Shown: positions 11,807 through 23,310 of the stretch, piece after piece
Numbering within the stretch: position 1 is the stretch's first letter
How the letters are laid out: each line of letters opens with the position of its first letter
Origin: Squalus acanthias
Taxonomy: Eukaryota
Length of the DNA: 64,000 nucleotides
Direction of reading: 5' to 3'
NCBI GenBank assembly: GCA_030390025.1
Contig: CM059435.1
Coordinates: 66,030,001 to 66,094,000, forward strand
The notes under the pieces: model-generated
Databases searched by the model: none
What the model was told of the DNA's origin: nothing
Seen by the model: the letters and a program-made list of their open reading frames with translations, nothing else
Translations under genes and position numbers: made by a program

Positions 11807-13351
11807 GTGGGTAAAATGGTTTTTGCTTTGAAGGACAAACCATGATGGTGGTGGTTAGTGGCACTTGTTCACGGAGATGGCACACTAACATTTCTTCTAA
11901 CTTTGGTGTTGGGTGTGGGAGAAGCTTTGCAACACCCAAAGGAGGATGCAGCATTTGGAAGGAGTGTCTGATTCTAAATTTGTTGCCTACAGTTCTGATT
12001 TGGAACGATCCTATATTTGCTCTTGAGCAAACTTCAGATTTTTTTGTTCTCCTAGTAATTGACCATTTGCTGCTACTTTTTTATTTAAAGAATCATAATT
12101 TTGAGCACAATTAAGCCAAGTCCCTACCTTTAAGATTGTGGGTGGGAGAGGGAAATGCAATGCCAGTGTTGCAGAAAATGCACCAAATAGTGTTCAATTG
12201 GGTGGCATGCTCTGATTCCCAATACCCCCCACTGTTTAAAATGGATCTTGTCCTATATATTACCAGTAAGGTGATGTATTTGAGGACAGGTGGGAAAATG
12301 TTCAGCACGAGTGAAGCAGCTGAAGTGGCAAGACTGTCTCCCACTGCCCTTTCAGTGTGATGACTTGTTTTCACTGAGCTTGTCAGTACTAGCTGCTATC
12401 AATTCATGGTGCTACTAGTTTTTAGATTGGCACGTGTGCATTTAGTGTTGACTATCTAGCAGTCAGCAAATCTGGGCTAAAGGTTGGGATGGGGCAGGGG
12501 GAGTTGAGAAACCCATGAGCTATTGGCAACACAAGGTTCTGATGACCTCCTTATGTGCTGTACTCACTTGGGCAAGCCCACCTTGCTTCTAGAAACACTA
12601 GAAGACAAGTACTCGACCTACAGACAAGGTGTTGGTGTCGGTGTTTGGTTCAAGCCTTCATTTCTAGTGTGTTTGGTTTGATGAGCAGGATAATTATGCT
12701 GTTTGTGGATCTGGCATACATTTTCTGATCTAGTACACCTGGTGGGAATAAGTGACTGAGTAGCTGTGATGGGAGATCAAAATGGGACCAGCTGTGAAAC
12801 AAAACTACCGAGGGAAAACTTGTAACTGTCTCGTAACTGGGAAGGAAGAATTTTGTCAACTTCTGGCAAATGTACTGTACAATAACATTGTCTAATTCGT
12901 GATGAAGTCACTTATATTTAAAACAAAATTGCCACAGATATTGATGAACCAACAACCTGGCTTCTGGTTGTCAAACTTCCCAGTTTTACTAACTGGGACT
13001 TGAGTTGATCTAAAGCATTTACGTTACTTCCAATTCTATTTGACCAATAAGTTCCTATTTTGCTACAATGGGTGCCATAAGTCACTGGCCGTGCAATAGT
13101 ATTGGTTCTCATTTAAAGGCAGTGCAGAGATTTTTGTGCACAAATATAATCCTCCTTTGCAGTTGATGTACCTGCATTTTCAGAGGATTAAAATACACTA
13201 GCTGCACGATTGTCCTTATCTGGCAAATACTGGAAGTGTCCTGTAACTGTGCTACAATGGTTAATTGTAGCATTTGCAGTAATTTTGTTCCAAGATGCTG
13301 TGCCTGCTTTCTTGAGCAGCAGATGTCTAAGTGTGACAGTTAAATCTTTAG

Positions 13352-13483
13352 GTGTCAAAGGTGGTGCAACAGGCTGCTGCAGAATTCTGCTCAACTGCCA
13401 CACTGCCAAAGGATCCCGAACTCAGGAGGCAGAAGCTTCAAGACCTGATGTCCCAGATACAAGGGACGTGTCATTTCATTCAG
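13352..13483 (+). CDS. CAPRIN2: Caprin-2 exon 9 (VSKVVQQ...LPKDPELRRQKLQDLMSQIQGTCHFIQ)
   Basis: tctttag|GTG...CAG|gtatat, 132 nt, phase 0/0; conserved PKDP..R..KLQDLM.QIQGT motif. Confidence 0.93.
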
Positions 13484-13579
13484 GTATATTTTTTTTGCAC
13501 ATTCTAGATTCCTGTCAGTGTTCTGTGATTGTTCTAAGTCTCCTGTTGCATTTTCCTTTCACCACATGTTACTACTTTG

Positions 13580-14725
13580 ATCTAACAGAGGGTTGGTTAG
13601 GGTAGTGTGGTTGTTGTATATGGACTTTCAAAAGGCATTTGATAAATTACCAAATAATAGACTTGTTAGCAAAATTAAAGCCCATGGGATTAGAGACAGT
13701 GGCAGCGTGGGGAAAAAATTGGCAAAGGGACAGAATGCAGAGAATAGTGGTGAACGGTTGTTTTTCAGACTAGAGGGAAGTGTACAGTGGTGGTTCCCAG
13801 GTGTTTTGTATTAGGTCCACTGCTCTTTTTGATGTATATTATCCTGGACTTTGGTATACAGGGCATAATGCAGATGATGAAACATGGAAATGTAATAAAT
13901 AGTGAGGAGGATAGTGACAGACTTCAGAAGGACATAGACACTGGTGAAATGGGTAGACACATGGCAGATTAAATTTAATGCAGAGAAGTGCAAAGTGATG
14001 TATTTTGGTACAAAGAATGGGAGGGCATATAAACCCATTTGAAAGGGGATGCAGTAACAGATACCTGGGGGTGTATGTACACATCTTTGGAGGTGGCAGG
14101 ACAAGTTGAGAAGGTTGTTGAAGCATAGCTTAATTAATAGAGGAATCTAGTACAAAAGCAAGGAAGTTATGCTAAACCTTTATATAAAACTGGTTAGGCC
14201 TTAGCTGGAGTATTGTGTTCAATTTTGGGCACCACACTTTAGGAAGGATGTCAAGGCCTTGGAGAGGGCGCATAAGAGATTTACTAGAATAATGGTACCA
14301 GGGATGAGGGACTTCAGTTATGTGGAGAAGTTGTTCTCTTTAGAACAGAGAAGGTTAAGAGGAGTTTTGATAGGTGTTCTAAATCATAAAGGGTTTTGAT
14401 AGAGTAAACCAGAAACTTTCCAGTGGCAGAAGGGCTGGTAACCAGAGGACACATTTAAGGCAAATGGCAAAAGAACTAGAGGCAACATGAAACTTTTTAT
14501 AGTGAGTTGTTTTGATCTGGAATGCACTACCTGAAAGGATGGTGGAAGAAAATTCAATAGTAACATTCAAAAGGGAATTGGATAAATACTGGAAGGGGAA
14601 AACATTACAGGGCTATGGAGCAAGAGCAGAGGAGTGAGACTAATTGGAGTCCCAGGATGTCCCCCTATCAAGAGTCGGCACTGGCACAATGGGCCGAATG
14701 ACAACCTCTTGTGCTGTATCCTTCT
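13580..14725 (+). mobile_element. CR1 LINE, degenerate RT region and 3' end
   Basis: YMDFQKAFDK, VLGPLLFLMYI and [16 protein letters not shown] fragments; tail gggccgaatg...gtgctgta. Confidence 0.9.
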
Positions 14726-15244
14726 ACATTCATCACCAAGGTTTTGATAGGAAGGTTTCACACTTGTGGTTTGGTCTCTTCTCTCTGACACTGCCTTGTA
14801 TGTTCAACCCATTGTTGTACCAGCTTTCCTCTTGTTTCTGTCCAGTTCTCTTGTCTGCTGTGAAGTAACAGCTGCTTACTTTGTGGTTTCTTTAAACCTG
14901 AATGCATCTCTCCTCACTCCTTGGATCACTTTTGAAGCCCCAGCTGATATAAGAGTAATCTTTGTTTCCTCTGTCTGTCATAATTGCCCTGGAATCCTTT
15001 TTGCCTGCAAGTCATTCAGTCTTGAGTGACCAGAAATGAAGTCCTTTTCAAGATGGATGACCAAAACTTGTGTCTATTCTTGCATTCTCAGACTTTATTT
15101 GTTTTGACACTTCTTCATTTGGTGGTAGTGTAAGTGGATTTCAGTAGCTCGTGTACAGAAGTATTCTGGTCAGTAGGTGAGCTCTTGTAACTATTATTTG
15201 AAAACTGAAATTGAGGAACAATTTTTGTTTTTATTAAACTCTAG

Positions 15245-15323
15245 GATTCTATGTTGGATTCTGACGCCCCCTCAAAAAGTGCTATTGGATCACAGAAGGC
15301 TGCCATATCGTTCAAAACTGCAG
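15245..15323 (+). CDS. CAPRIN2: Caprin-2 exon 10 (DSMLDSDAPSKSAIGSQKAAISFKTA)
   Basis: ctctag|GAT...G|gtacga, 79 nt, phase 0/1; completes the FIQ-DSMLD motif. Confidence 0.9.
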
Positions 15324-16330
15324 GTACGAGGCTTTTTCTCCCTCCCCTCCAAAGGCTTGTAATACAGGACCACGGCTAAGCATGTTAAGACTGCACTGCA
15401 AGGTAACAAGCCTACACCAATCTGAGCTGAAGCTACACTCATTTGTGTTCAAATCTTGAGTTGGGTTTTAAGACCAGTTACAAGAGCTTCGGAGTAATGG
15501 CATCTTGTTTAAAAATAAAACTCTTATGGAGACTTGATGCTTTCTACTTGGCTTGTGTTAAAAGCAGTAGATTTCTGAAATTGTGCATTTGCAAAGGATG
15601 TAAATTCAAGAGTTTGGAAAAAGCAGGAGGATTGTGTTTGAACACTGGCAGTGTCTGCTGTTCTGCCTAGTGTCCATAAGCTGCTCAGCAGACAATCAGT
15701 ACCATGATCCCAAGATTTTATGAATTAACTTCTGAGCTTGTCAGTTTTGTGTAGAGAGATGGGGAAATGTAACAGCACAATTTCATGGATCAAAATGCTA
15801 ATGTAGCTTTCAGGCTGGTGGATGGATTTTAATTGCTGTTAAAATCAATTATGTGGGTCTGGTTTGCTGCCCTCTTGACCCGATCAGACAAATCCAAATC
15901 AGCCTGTGATGTTACCAAGGTATAATTAGGAGGCTGGTTTCCGATTAAACCGTAGTTGGGAGGAAAAGTTGACTGGTTCCTGCTCCGGCATATCTCTGTG
16001 AATTGCTGCTTACCAGAATTTGTTGTCTTGAGCTGCTGCAAGGCTGCTGATTCCCATGTGACTGGGGTGGAACTGTGGGACGTGGTTTTTGTACTTGTGC
16101 TGTAATCTGTACTTGGTATCCTGGATCATTTTTCTAGAATACTTGGGGCGCCTAAGTGCAACTGTGGCCCTTTGCAGTAAGATCAGATACTTGATGTGTA
16201 AAAAGTTTCAAGGGATGTGCAAGTAGCTCAGTGTAAATCCCCAGTGGCCTATATTATTTGGAACACTAACTATTTGGCTCTGCTTTCTGACATGTACATT
16301 TTTACTCCTAGGCGTGCGCTCTTTCTCTCC

Positions 16331-16726
16331 TTCTGTTCCCTTTCCCTCCTTCTTCTGTTCCCTTTCCCTCCTTCTTCTGTTCCCTTTCCCTCCTTCTTCT
16401 GTTCCCTTTCCCTCCTTCTTCTGTTCCCTTTCCCTCCTTCTTCTGTTCCCTTTCCCTCCTTCTTCTGTTCCCTTTCCCTCCTTCTTCTGTTCCCTTTCCC
16501 TCCTTCTTCTGTTCCCTTTCCCTCCTTCTTCTGTTCCCTTTCCCTCCTTCTTCTGTTCCCTTTCCCTCCTTCTTCTGTTCCCTTTCCCTCCTTCTTCTGT
16601 TCCCTTTCCCTCCTTCTTCTGTTCCCTTTCCCTCCTTCTTCTGTTCCCTTTCCCTCCTTCTTCTGTTCCCTTTCCCTCCTTCTTCTGTTCCCTTTCCCTC
16701 CTTCTTCTGTTCCCTTTCCCTCCTTC
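16331..16726. repeat. 22-bp polypyrimidine minisatellite, (TTCTGTTCCCTTTCCCTCCTTC)x18
   Basis: 396 nt = 18 apparently identical units; accounts for the three repetitive ORFs here. Confidence 0.97.
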
Positions 16727-17140
16727 TAAAATTTGTATTTAAATCTCCATGGGTTAACCCTTTCAACTCCACCCCCCCCACCTCCCTGAACTCTCCATTC
16801 CCCTGACTGGCCTCTTCACCCCACCATTGGTGGCTGTCTTTTGCCACCTAGGATGCATGCTTTAGAATTCTCTCCTCCTCTCCATCTCCTCCTTTTAGAA
16901 CCTCCTTAAAACTCACCTTTTTGACAAAGCTTTTGGTCACCCCCTTAATATTTCCTCCTTTGGCTTGGAATCCATTTTATTCCCTTGGATTACACTTCAA
17001 GACACTCCTTAAAACCTACCTCTGATCAGGCTTTTGGTCACCTGATATCTTGTGGCTGTCAAATTTTGTTAATGGGTTCTGTGAAGCACCTTAGGGCTTT
17101 TTACTATGTTAAAGGTGTTGTATAAATGCAAGTTGCTTTC
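16727..17140 (+). mobile_element. L2 LINE 3' ends (two tandem tail segments)
   Basis: ccttaaaac...gcttttggtcacc occurs twice; terminal tataaatgcaagttg. Confidence 0.7.
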
Positions 17141-17699
17141 CAAAGAAAAACTCTGCATAGTGGGTACTATTTTGAAGTTCATTTTGGTAGCCAGATAGTA
17201 AGGCTGGCTAATAGGGAATGGGTCAGGATAACGTTACTCTAATCTAAAATGTGCATTTTGTCTTGTCTTTTGAAGCTGAACTGTGGTACTTCTATTCTTG
17301 ATGATCTACAGCTCTCCGAAGGAATATGTGCATTGGGTTACAATGTGGTATTTTTGTAGTGAGTCCACTGAAAATAGAGTAGGATATATCTGTTGATGTC
17401 GTTTCCTTCAAAATGACATACTGATGCAACTAGAGGATCTATGTGTTGGTTGTTGTGTACAAATGAGGTTAAATTCTCCAAACCTAATGGAGCATTGGGT
17501 ATTGATGGTGAATCTTCGTTCGTGCACTTCAAATATTTGAAGCATGCTTCACCAAGCAGTCGAATGTATTCCCTTCTAGTCAGTATTGTAGCTCCAATAA
17601 CTGCATAGCAAGGCAGTGCATACATTGGGAGTGGTGGACATATTGTACTGCATGGCTTCTGTGCCCAGCATATAATGTCTTCAATGCTGGAGGGGAAAG

Positions 17700-18050
17700 A
17701 AACATTGCATTTACATCGTGCCTTTCATGACTTCTGTCCCAAAGCGCTTTACAACCAAGGAAGTACTTTTGAAGTATAGTCTCTGTTGTAGGAAACATGT
17801 CAGCCAATTTGTGCACAGCAAGGCCCTATAAATAGCAAGGAGATAATGACCAGATAATTGTTTTTAGTGGTGTTGGTTGAGTGGTAAATATTGGCAAGGA
17901 CACAGCTCACTCCTAAGTGCCATGGGATCTTTTATGCCCACCTGAGGGCATACAGTTTAACATCTCATCTGAAAGTTGCTTCCTCTGACCGTGCAGCACT
18001 CGCTCAGTACAGTTGAGGCCAACCTAAATTATGTGCTCAAGTCTCTGGAC
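17700..18050 (-). mobile_element. Deu/SacSINE1-like SINE, head truncated
   Basis: Same body as 10283-10703 (gaagtacttttgaagt, gtgccatgggatctttta). Confidence 0.85.
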
Positions 18051-18274
18051 AGAGTGTACTGATGGAATTTGGCATTGCTTTCCATTTCTGTCGCTCTCTT
18101 TCCCTCCTCCCCCCCCCCCCCCCCCCCCCAACCAAAAGATTCTCCAGTACTTAAGTAGCTGAGGTAACCTTTCTGGCCCATAATTAACAATTATAAAATG
18201 GGCTTGCCATTTGTTGTGTATTGGACAGCTTTCCTGGTTTGTGCCAGTTTTAACAGGTGGTTTTTCTTGATTAG

Positions 18275-18330
18275 CTCCAAAAGAACAGAAGCAGCAAAAC
18301 AAGACTGAAATAGTTCCATCCCCATCTAAG
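18275..18330 (+). CDS. CAPRIN2: Caprin-2 exon 11 (APKEQKQQNKTEIVPSPSK)
   Basis: ttgattag|CT...AAG|gtaaga, 56 nt, phase 1/0; resembles the Caprin-2 ASKEQ segment. Confidence 0.85.
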
Positions 18331-19324
18331 GTAAGAACTAACTTTACATTTGGCTAGAAGTTTAAAGGGTGTTTGAGAACTTTCATTTTGGAGGCTTCAG
18401 TGATACTTGTTCCAAGTCTTTGATGTAACTCTGTAGCTGAAGTGCGTGCTGCCGGTTGTGGTACAGTACTTGGTTCCCCTGTACTGGGAGTTGGAATTCT
18501 AATTTCAGATTGCTGTCTGGTGGCAGCCACTGCAGGTGGGTGTGGTTTGTGCTGGCAAGATTTAAATTTGGTTATGATTGTAGTTGAATAGCCTGATGCT
18601 GTTCAGGAAGAATTGCATTTTGATGTGGTTCTCCTCTTCAGGAGAGACAGTTAGTTTTAAACTTTGCATGAAATTGCTGCAACAAACTCTCAAACAGCTT
18701 GTAGCACAGAGCTGATAATTGGGCGCACTACTAAACTCAACTCTACAGTGCCATGAGTGCTTGTAGTATGACTGTTCCAATTTACATCTTCGGAGCAGCT
18801 ATCTTAAAGGCTTCTAATATTGCATGAACTCTTGCTGGAGATGACTGGCTTCTGAGATGAGATTTTACTTCACTAGAGACCCTCTGTGCTGTATTGGGAC
18901 CTTCGATCTACTGTCAACTTGGTACTTTGAAGGTGGCTGCAGTAGCAAACTCCTATTCAAAAGTTTGTGTAACCAGATGTTGCCCCCTCCACCCACTTTG
19001 TGCATGTTGGCTGGATTCTCTCTGACCACAGTTTAACAGTTGGTAAATTGCTGTCAATCCAAACACTTACTCAAATGAGCTCCAGGCTGAGGTGCAGTTT
19101 TCCCATTGTAAGAAGCTGTAGGTTCTCCAAACCATAAACTCTACCTCTGCTTGTAAAAGTTGAGGTTACTGATTTTATAATTCAAAGTTACTACTGTTCA
19201 GTGCACTGCCAATACTTGGTACTGGAATTGGACATGGTCTTCATGATGCCTAGTTTTTAAGATTAATCTCTTTAATGTAAATCTGTCACATTAGCTTGTC
19301 ACCTGGCTTAGTATCTTTCAGTTT

Positions 19325-19600
19325 ATAGAATTCAATAGCAGCATTTCAATCCAATAGTACCTGTGCTGGCCTTCAGGAGCTACCCATATTGTCCCATTCT
19401 GCTACCCTTTCCCCATAACCTTTTGAGAAAGGAAAACCTTCAAATATTTTACTTCTCTGAAGATCTGTTGTGGATTTTGCTTCTGCCACTGTCTCTGGTA
19501 GGTAACCATTTATTTAAAAATAAATCGGTTTAAATTTATGCCCTCTAGTTACTGACTCACCGACCACAGGAAATGATTTTTCCCAACTTATTTTACTTTA
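19325..19600 (-). mobile_element. Degenerate CR1 3' end
   Basis: atagaattcaatagc...ccctttccccataacc...ccctctagttactgactc pattern shared with other CR1 tails in the window. Confidence 0.55.
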
Positions 19601-20079
19601 TCAAAATAGCTCTGGTTGTCTCATCAATTATTCTGTTGTTCCCCCTTCTCTCTCTTTCCCCCCCCCCCCCTTCCTGGTTAGAGCAGCTCTGGTATTTAGC
19701 AGTATTTGGGGAAATGGCTGAGCAGCCTTCCCAATGACATTCTATGGGTATGGCTATACATCAAATTCTGCAAACTCTAACCTGCAATGTGCTCTTGGCA
19801 AATAGTACACATACCAAGAGAGCCAGGGTACTTGCAACAAAATAATTTAAAATTGACAATTGCACTGGTAGAAAGTAGCAAATGTACACCAGATACTTGC
19901 ATGCTGAGTTCCTGTCTAGGGTGTGGGAAGTTGAGTTATAGCTCTCTGCAGAGTTTCCTTGCTGCAATTGCTCTTGCCCAGCGTGTTGGCATGAGTTTGG
20001 GAGAAAATCATTTGGTGGACTGCTGAGAACTTTGTTTCCTTCCCTGCCCACAGGAATAAATGTCTCTACTCTCTTACAG

Positions 20080-20187
20080 CCTGCTTCAGAATTGAGTGTC
20101 CTTTCCAATATTGGGGGCAGTTCAGGTTCTGATGACCAGTCTTCACTATCTGGTTCTACAACTGATCTTTCGGGGCAAACGCCACAG
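20080..20187 (+). CDS. CAPRIN2: Caprin-2 exon 12 (PASELSVLSNIGGSSGSDDQSSLSGSTTDLSGQTPQ)
   Basis: ctcttacag|CCT...CAG|gtaagg, 108 nt, phase 0/0; Ser-rich, DQ.S.SGS resembles Caprin-2. Confidence 0.82.
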
Positions 20188-21410
20188 GTAAGGTAATTTA
20201 ACTGACCTTCCTGCACATCTTGCTGTTACAAATTCATGACCGCTGTAGATATGGTCTCTGGTTGTGGCATTACTTGCTCCCATAAAAGGTCTGAATGCGA
20301 GTTTTATGGGATTGACTCGCTCTGCCCTATATCTACTTGCACGATGGCAAAACTCAGGGACATAATACAATCCCTTTGTGATCTGCACTGGTATTACTGT
20401 CTTGAACACAAATGTTTCTTCTCATCCAAAGGTGGACCAAGTTAACACTTGGTAAGTTGAGGCTTGATGTAATCGGTTAAACCACTTTATTTCACAGCAC
20501 AAACTGTTGTTGGATTTATTTAGTAAAATAGGTACATTTTTGTAAAATGAAGTATGGCAAGTTCTTTATTTTCTATCAGTGGTGGCCTTATTGCATGTTT
20601 CCAGTTAGTGTATTAACCACATTTTATCTACAGTATCTAAAATTATAAATACACTTTGCATTTTTTTAAAACACTAATAGTAAATCATTTCTAAATCTCT
20701 ATGGAACATTATTTAAAATCTTAACATGACTTTCATTTTGGTATTGTCTCTAATTGCCTTCACAATAAATTTTGCTTCTGATCCACACATGAAAAGCAAT
20801 GTTGCTGCCCTTATGTAGGAGGGGAGGAATTCTATGCTTGGGCTCCATGTGGCACCTTTTCAGTGCCATGATAGTGAACTGGTGACTTCAAGGAAGGGAT
20901 AAGATGGAAGGAAGCCCCTTGGCCCATCAAGACCAATTTTATTGCTTCCTTCCCCACCCCCAATATTCCTGGCCATGGGCCATGCACAGTCTGCTATATA
21001 ATGGGTTCCACCCAATAACACCATTCAAGAATTTAGTGAAAGAAGTTCTTGCCTTCATTTAATTTAAGAAAGTGCTGACTATCTAGATGTGTTCTATAAC
21101 CCTTGGTGGGTTGTCAATGAAATGGTCCAAGCTGCCTGTGTCCTCTAGCATTGGATTATCTGACTGCTGTGGTTCTTGGATAGAAAAAAATGTTAGTTTG
21201 CCTTTGAAGCTAAAGTTTTAAGATGGTCATTTGCACATGAATGGTTGGCTTTTCACTTCCTGTCTCTCCCAAGGTGAGTAAGCTCTGTGAAGGTACAAAA
21301 CCATAAGTCTGGATTTGGTGAAGTAGCTAAACTGGCTGACCCAACAAAATGGTGATGGAAGACTGAAGCAGTTAAAAATGGCTAGTCTTGACTCTTGACT
21401 CCTTTCCTAG

Positions 21411-21524
21411 GTTTCAGCTGCACGCAATTCGGAAAGTGAAGCGTACATTTCTCCACCGCAGATGTACCAAACGAGTACACCCATTACTGAATCTCTAACG
21501 CAGAAGTCCCTGGAGACCAATCAG
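21411..21524 (+). CDS. CAPRIN2: Caprin-2 exon 13 (VSAARNSESEAYISPPQMYQTSTPITESLTQKSLETNQ)
   Basis: tttcctag|GTT...CAG|gtgagt, 114 nt, phase 0/0, strong sites; resembles the Caprin-1 SEGYTASQPLYQ segment. Confidence 0.85.
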
Positions 21525-22199
21525 GTGAGTTCTTTTGTGGTTTGACTAGAAAAATGCTACTACAGTCCAGATTAGCTTCAGAGTTTGTATATAGTCTGAG
21601 CTCTGTCTGGCAAACCTTTGGTGCATTGAGCAAACTCTTCGAGCTACATACTACCATAAAGCATGTAGTCTAATTCAAAATAATTGTGGAAAGATTGTTT
21701 TAAATCACTGTTGATCTATAGCCATGTTAGAAAACTCAAATTGGCTCCGATAAATGTTTGTTAGCTGGAGGCTAGTTGCATGAAAGTAGCATTATGAAAG
21801 CTGTGCTTGGTACTGGTTCACCCTACTAGGTTTGAGTGTGGACATCTGAAAGTGTTGCAGTTGTACAGAATTGGTGATTGGGATGAGGGGGCAATAGACT
21901 GGAGGCCACAACCATTGTAGAAAATGCCTAATTCTACTTAAAACTTCATTTATTTGTACAAAAGTCATAAACTAGACTGCAGAAATCTATCTTTTGGATG
22001 CCTCAGTTCTGGTTTAGCACTAACCTGTGCAAATTTCTATTAAACTCGGCTTAGCAAGCTGTTCCCAACACCCAACTTTAACAGAATAGCTTCTAATTCA
22101 CTTCAGAAGTTGCACTAAAAATGCAGTTTGGCATCGAATTGACCTTTTTGGAGTGATGCAAGAACCATTGGCATAATTGATCTAGCAATCTTTTTTCTT

Positions 22200-22745
22200 C
22201 ATTCATGGAATGTGAATGTCACTGACAAGGCCAGCATTAACAATTGCTGTTGAGAAGGTGGTGGTGAGCTGTCCTCTTGAACCACTGCAGTCCGTGTGGT
22301 GAAGGTACTCCCACAGTGCTGTTAGTGAGTTCCAGGATTTTAACCCAGTGACTATGAAGGAACGGCAATGTATTTCCAAGTCAAGATGGTGTATGACTTG
22401 GAGGTAGGTGGTGGTGTTCCCATGCGCCCTCCATTTGTTTGCTGATGATTGAGAGTAGACTGATGAGGTGGCAATTAGCTGGATTGGATTTGTCCTGTTT
22501 TTTGTGAACAGGAAATACCGGGACAATGTTCCACATTGTCCGGTAGATGCCAGTGTTGTAGCTGTACTGGAACAGCTTGGCTAGAGGCGCGGCTAGTTCT
22601 GAAGCACCAGTCTTCCGCACTGCAGCCGGGATGTTGTCAGGATCCATAGCCTTGGCTGTATCCAGTGTGCTCAGCCGTTTCTTTATCAGTGGAGTGAATC
22701 GAATTGGCTGAAGACTGGCTTCTGTGATGGTGGAGACCTCGAGGT
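22200..22745 (-). mobile_element. CR1-group LINE fragment with large internal deletion
   Basis: Minus ORF LDTAKAMDPDNIPA...LAAPLAKLFQYSYNTG...PVHKKQDKSNPANCHLISLLSIISK (pre-RT region) joined directly to a 3' end. Confidence 0.88.
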
Positions 22746-23288
22746 CTACACTAACTGCACCTTGTGGCCATAAAGGGACACATAGCTGGCATTGGTGGTC
22801 AATGTTACACCGTGCCAGGATGGACAGGCTCAATGGGCAATGTTTGTACCTGCATAAATAGCTGGGATTTAAAGGCCCCCAGACTATTTAAATGTCGCAT
22901 GGAATGGTAGATGGATTTGAATGTGATCAATATAGCAACAGTAATGCATAATGGTACAACAGAGGAGTGTAATTGATTATAGATGCATTTGAGCATGAAT
23001 TTCCTCAGATGACTGCTCAATGGTTGAAATCCAAAGACTTGAGGTAATGCTGGGTTGCAAGTATGTGACCAGATGTATTTGCTTATGAATGCCACATTTG
23101 AAATGCTCACTTATTTTTACCCTTCTCTCTTTCCTCTTCTTTCTTCCCCCCCCAACAAAAAAACCATCTTAAACATTATAGCTACAGTGATTTCAGACAT
23201 CTAAGATTTGTAACTGATGGGTGCCCAGCATCTGTTGTAGGAAGCACTGCAGAGATGTAATTGAAATCCAGAGCCATGCTTCATTTTT

Positions 23289-23310
23289 AGAGAGAGAGAG
23301 AGAGAGAGAG
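23289..23310. repeat. (AG)11 microsatellite
   Basis: Direct reading. Confidence 0.95.

Noticed and set aside
13210-13605. 131-aa ORF as a separate gene
   Set aside because: It overlaps CAPRIN2 exon 9 in another frame and has no recognisable motifs.
16217-16847. Three long ORFs, or a CRISPR-like array
   Set aside because: By-product of a stop-free 22-bp tandem repeat; no spacers, and the context is eukaryotic.
20049-20079. Upstream acceptor cacag at 20053 for exon 12
   Set aside because: It gives GAA TAA, an in-frame stop.
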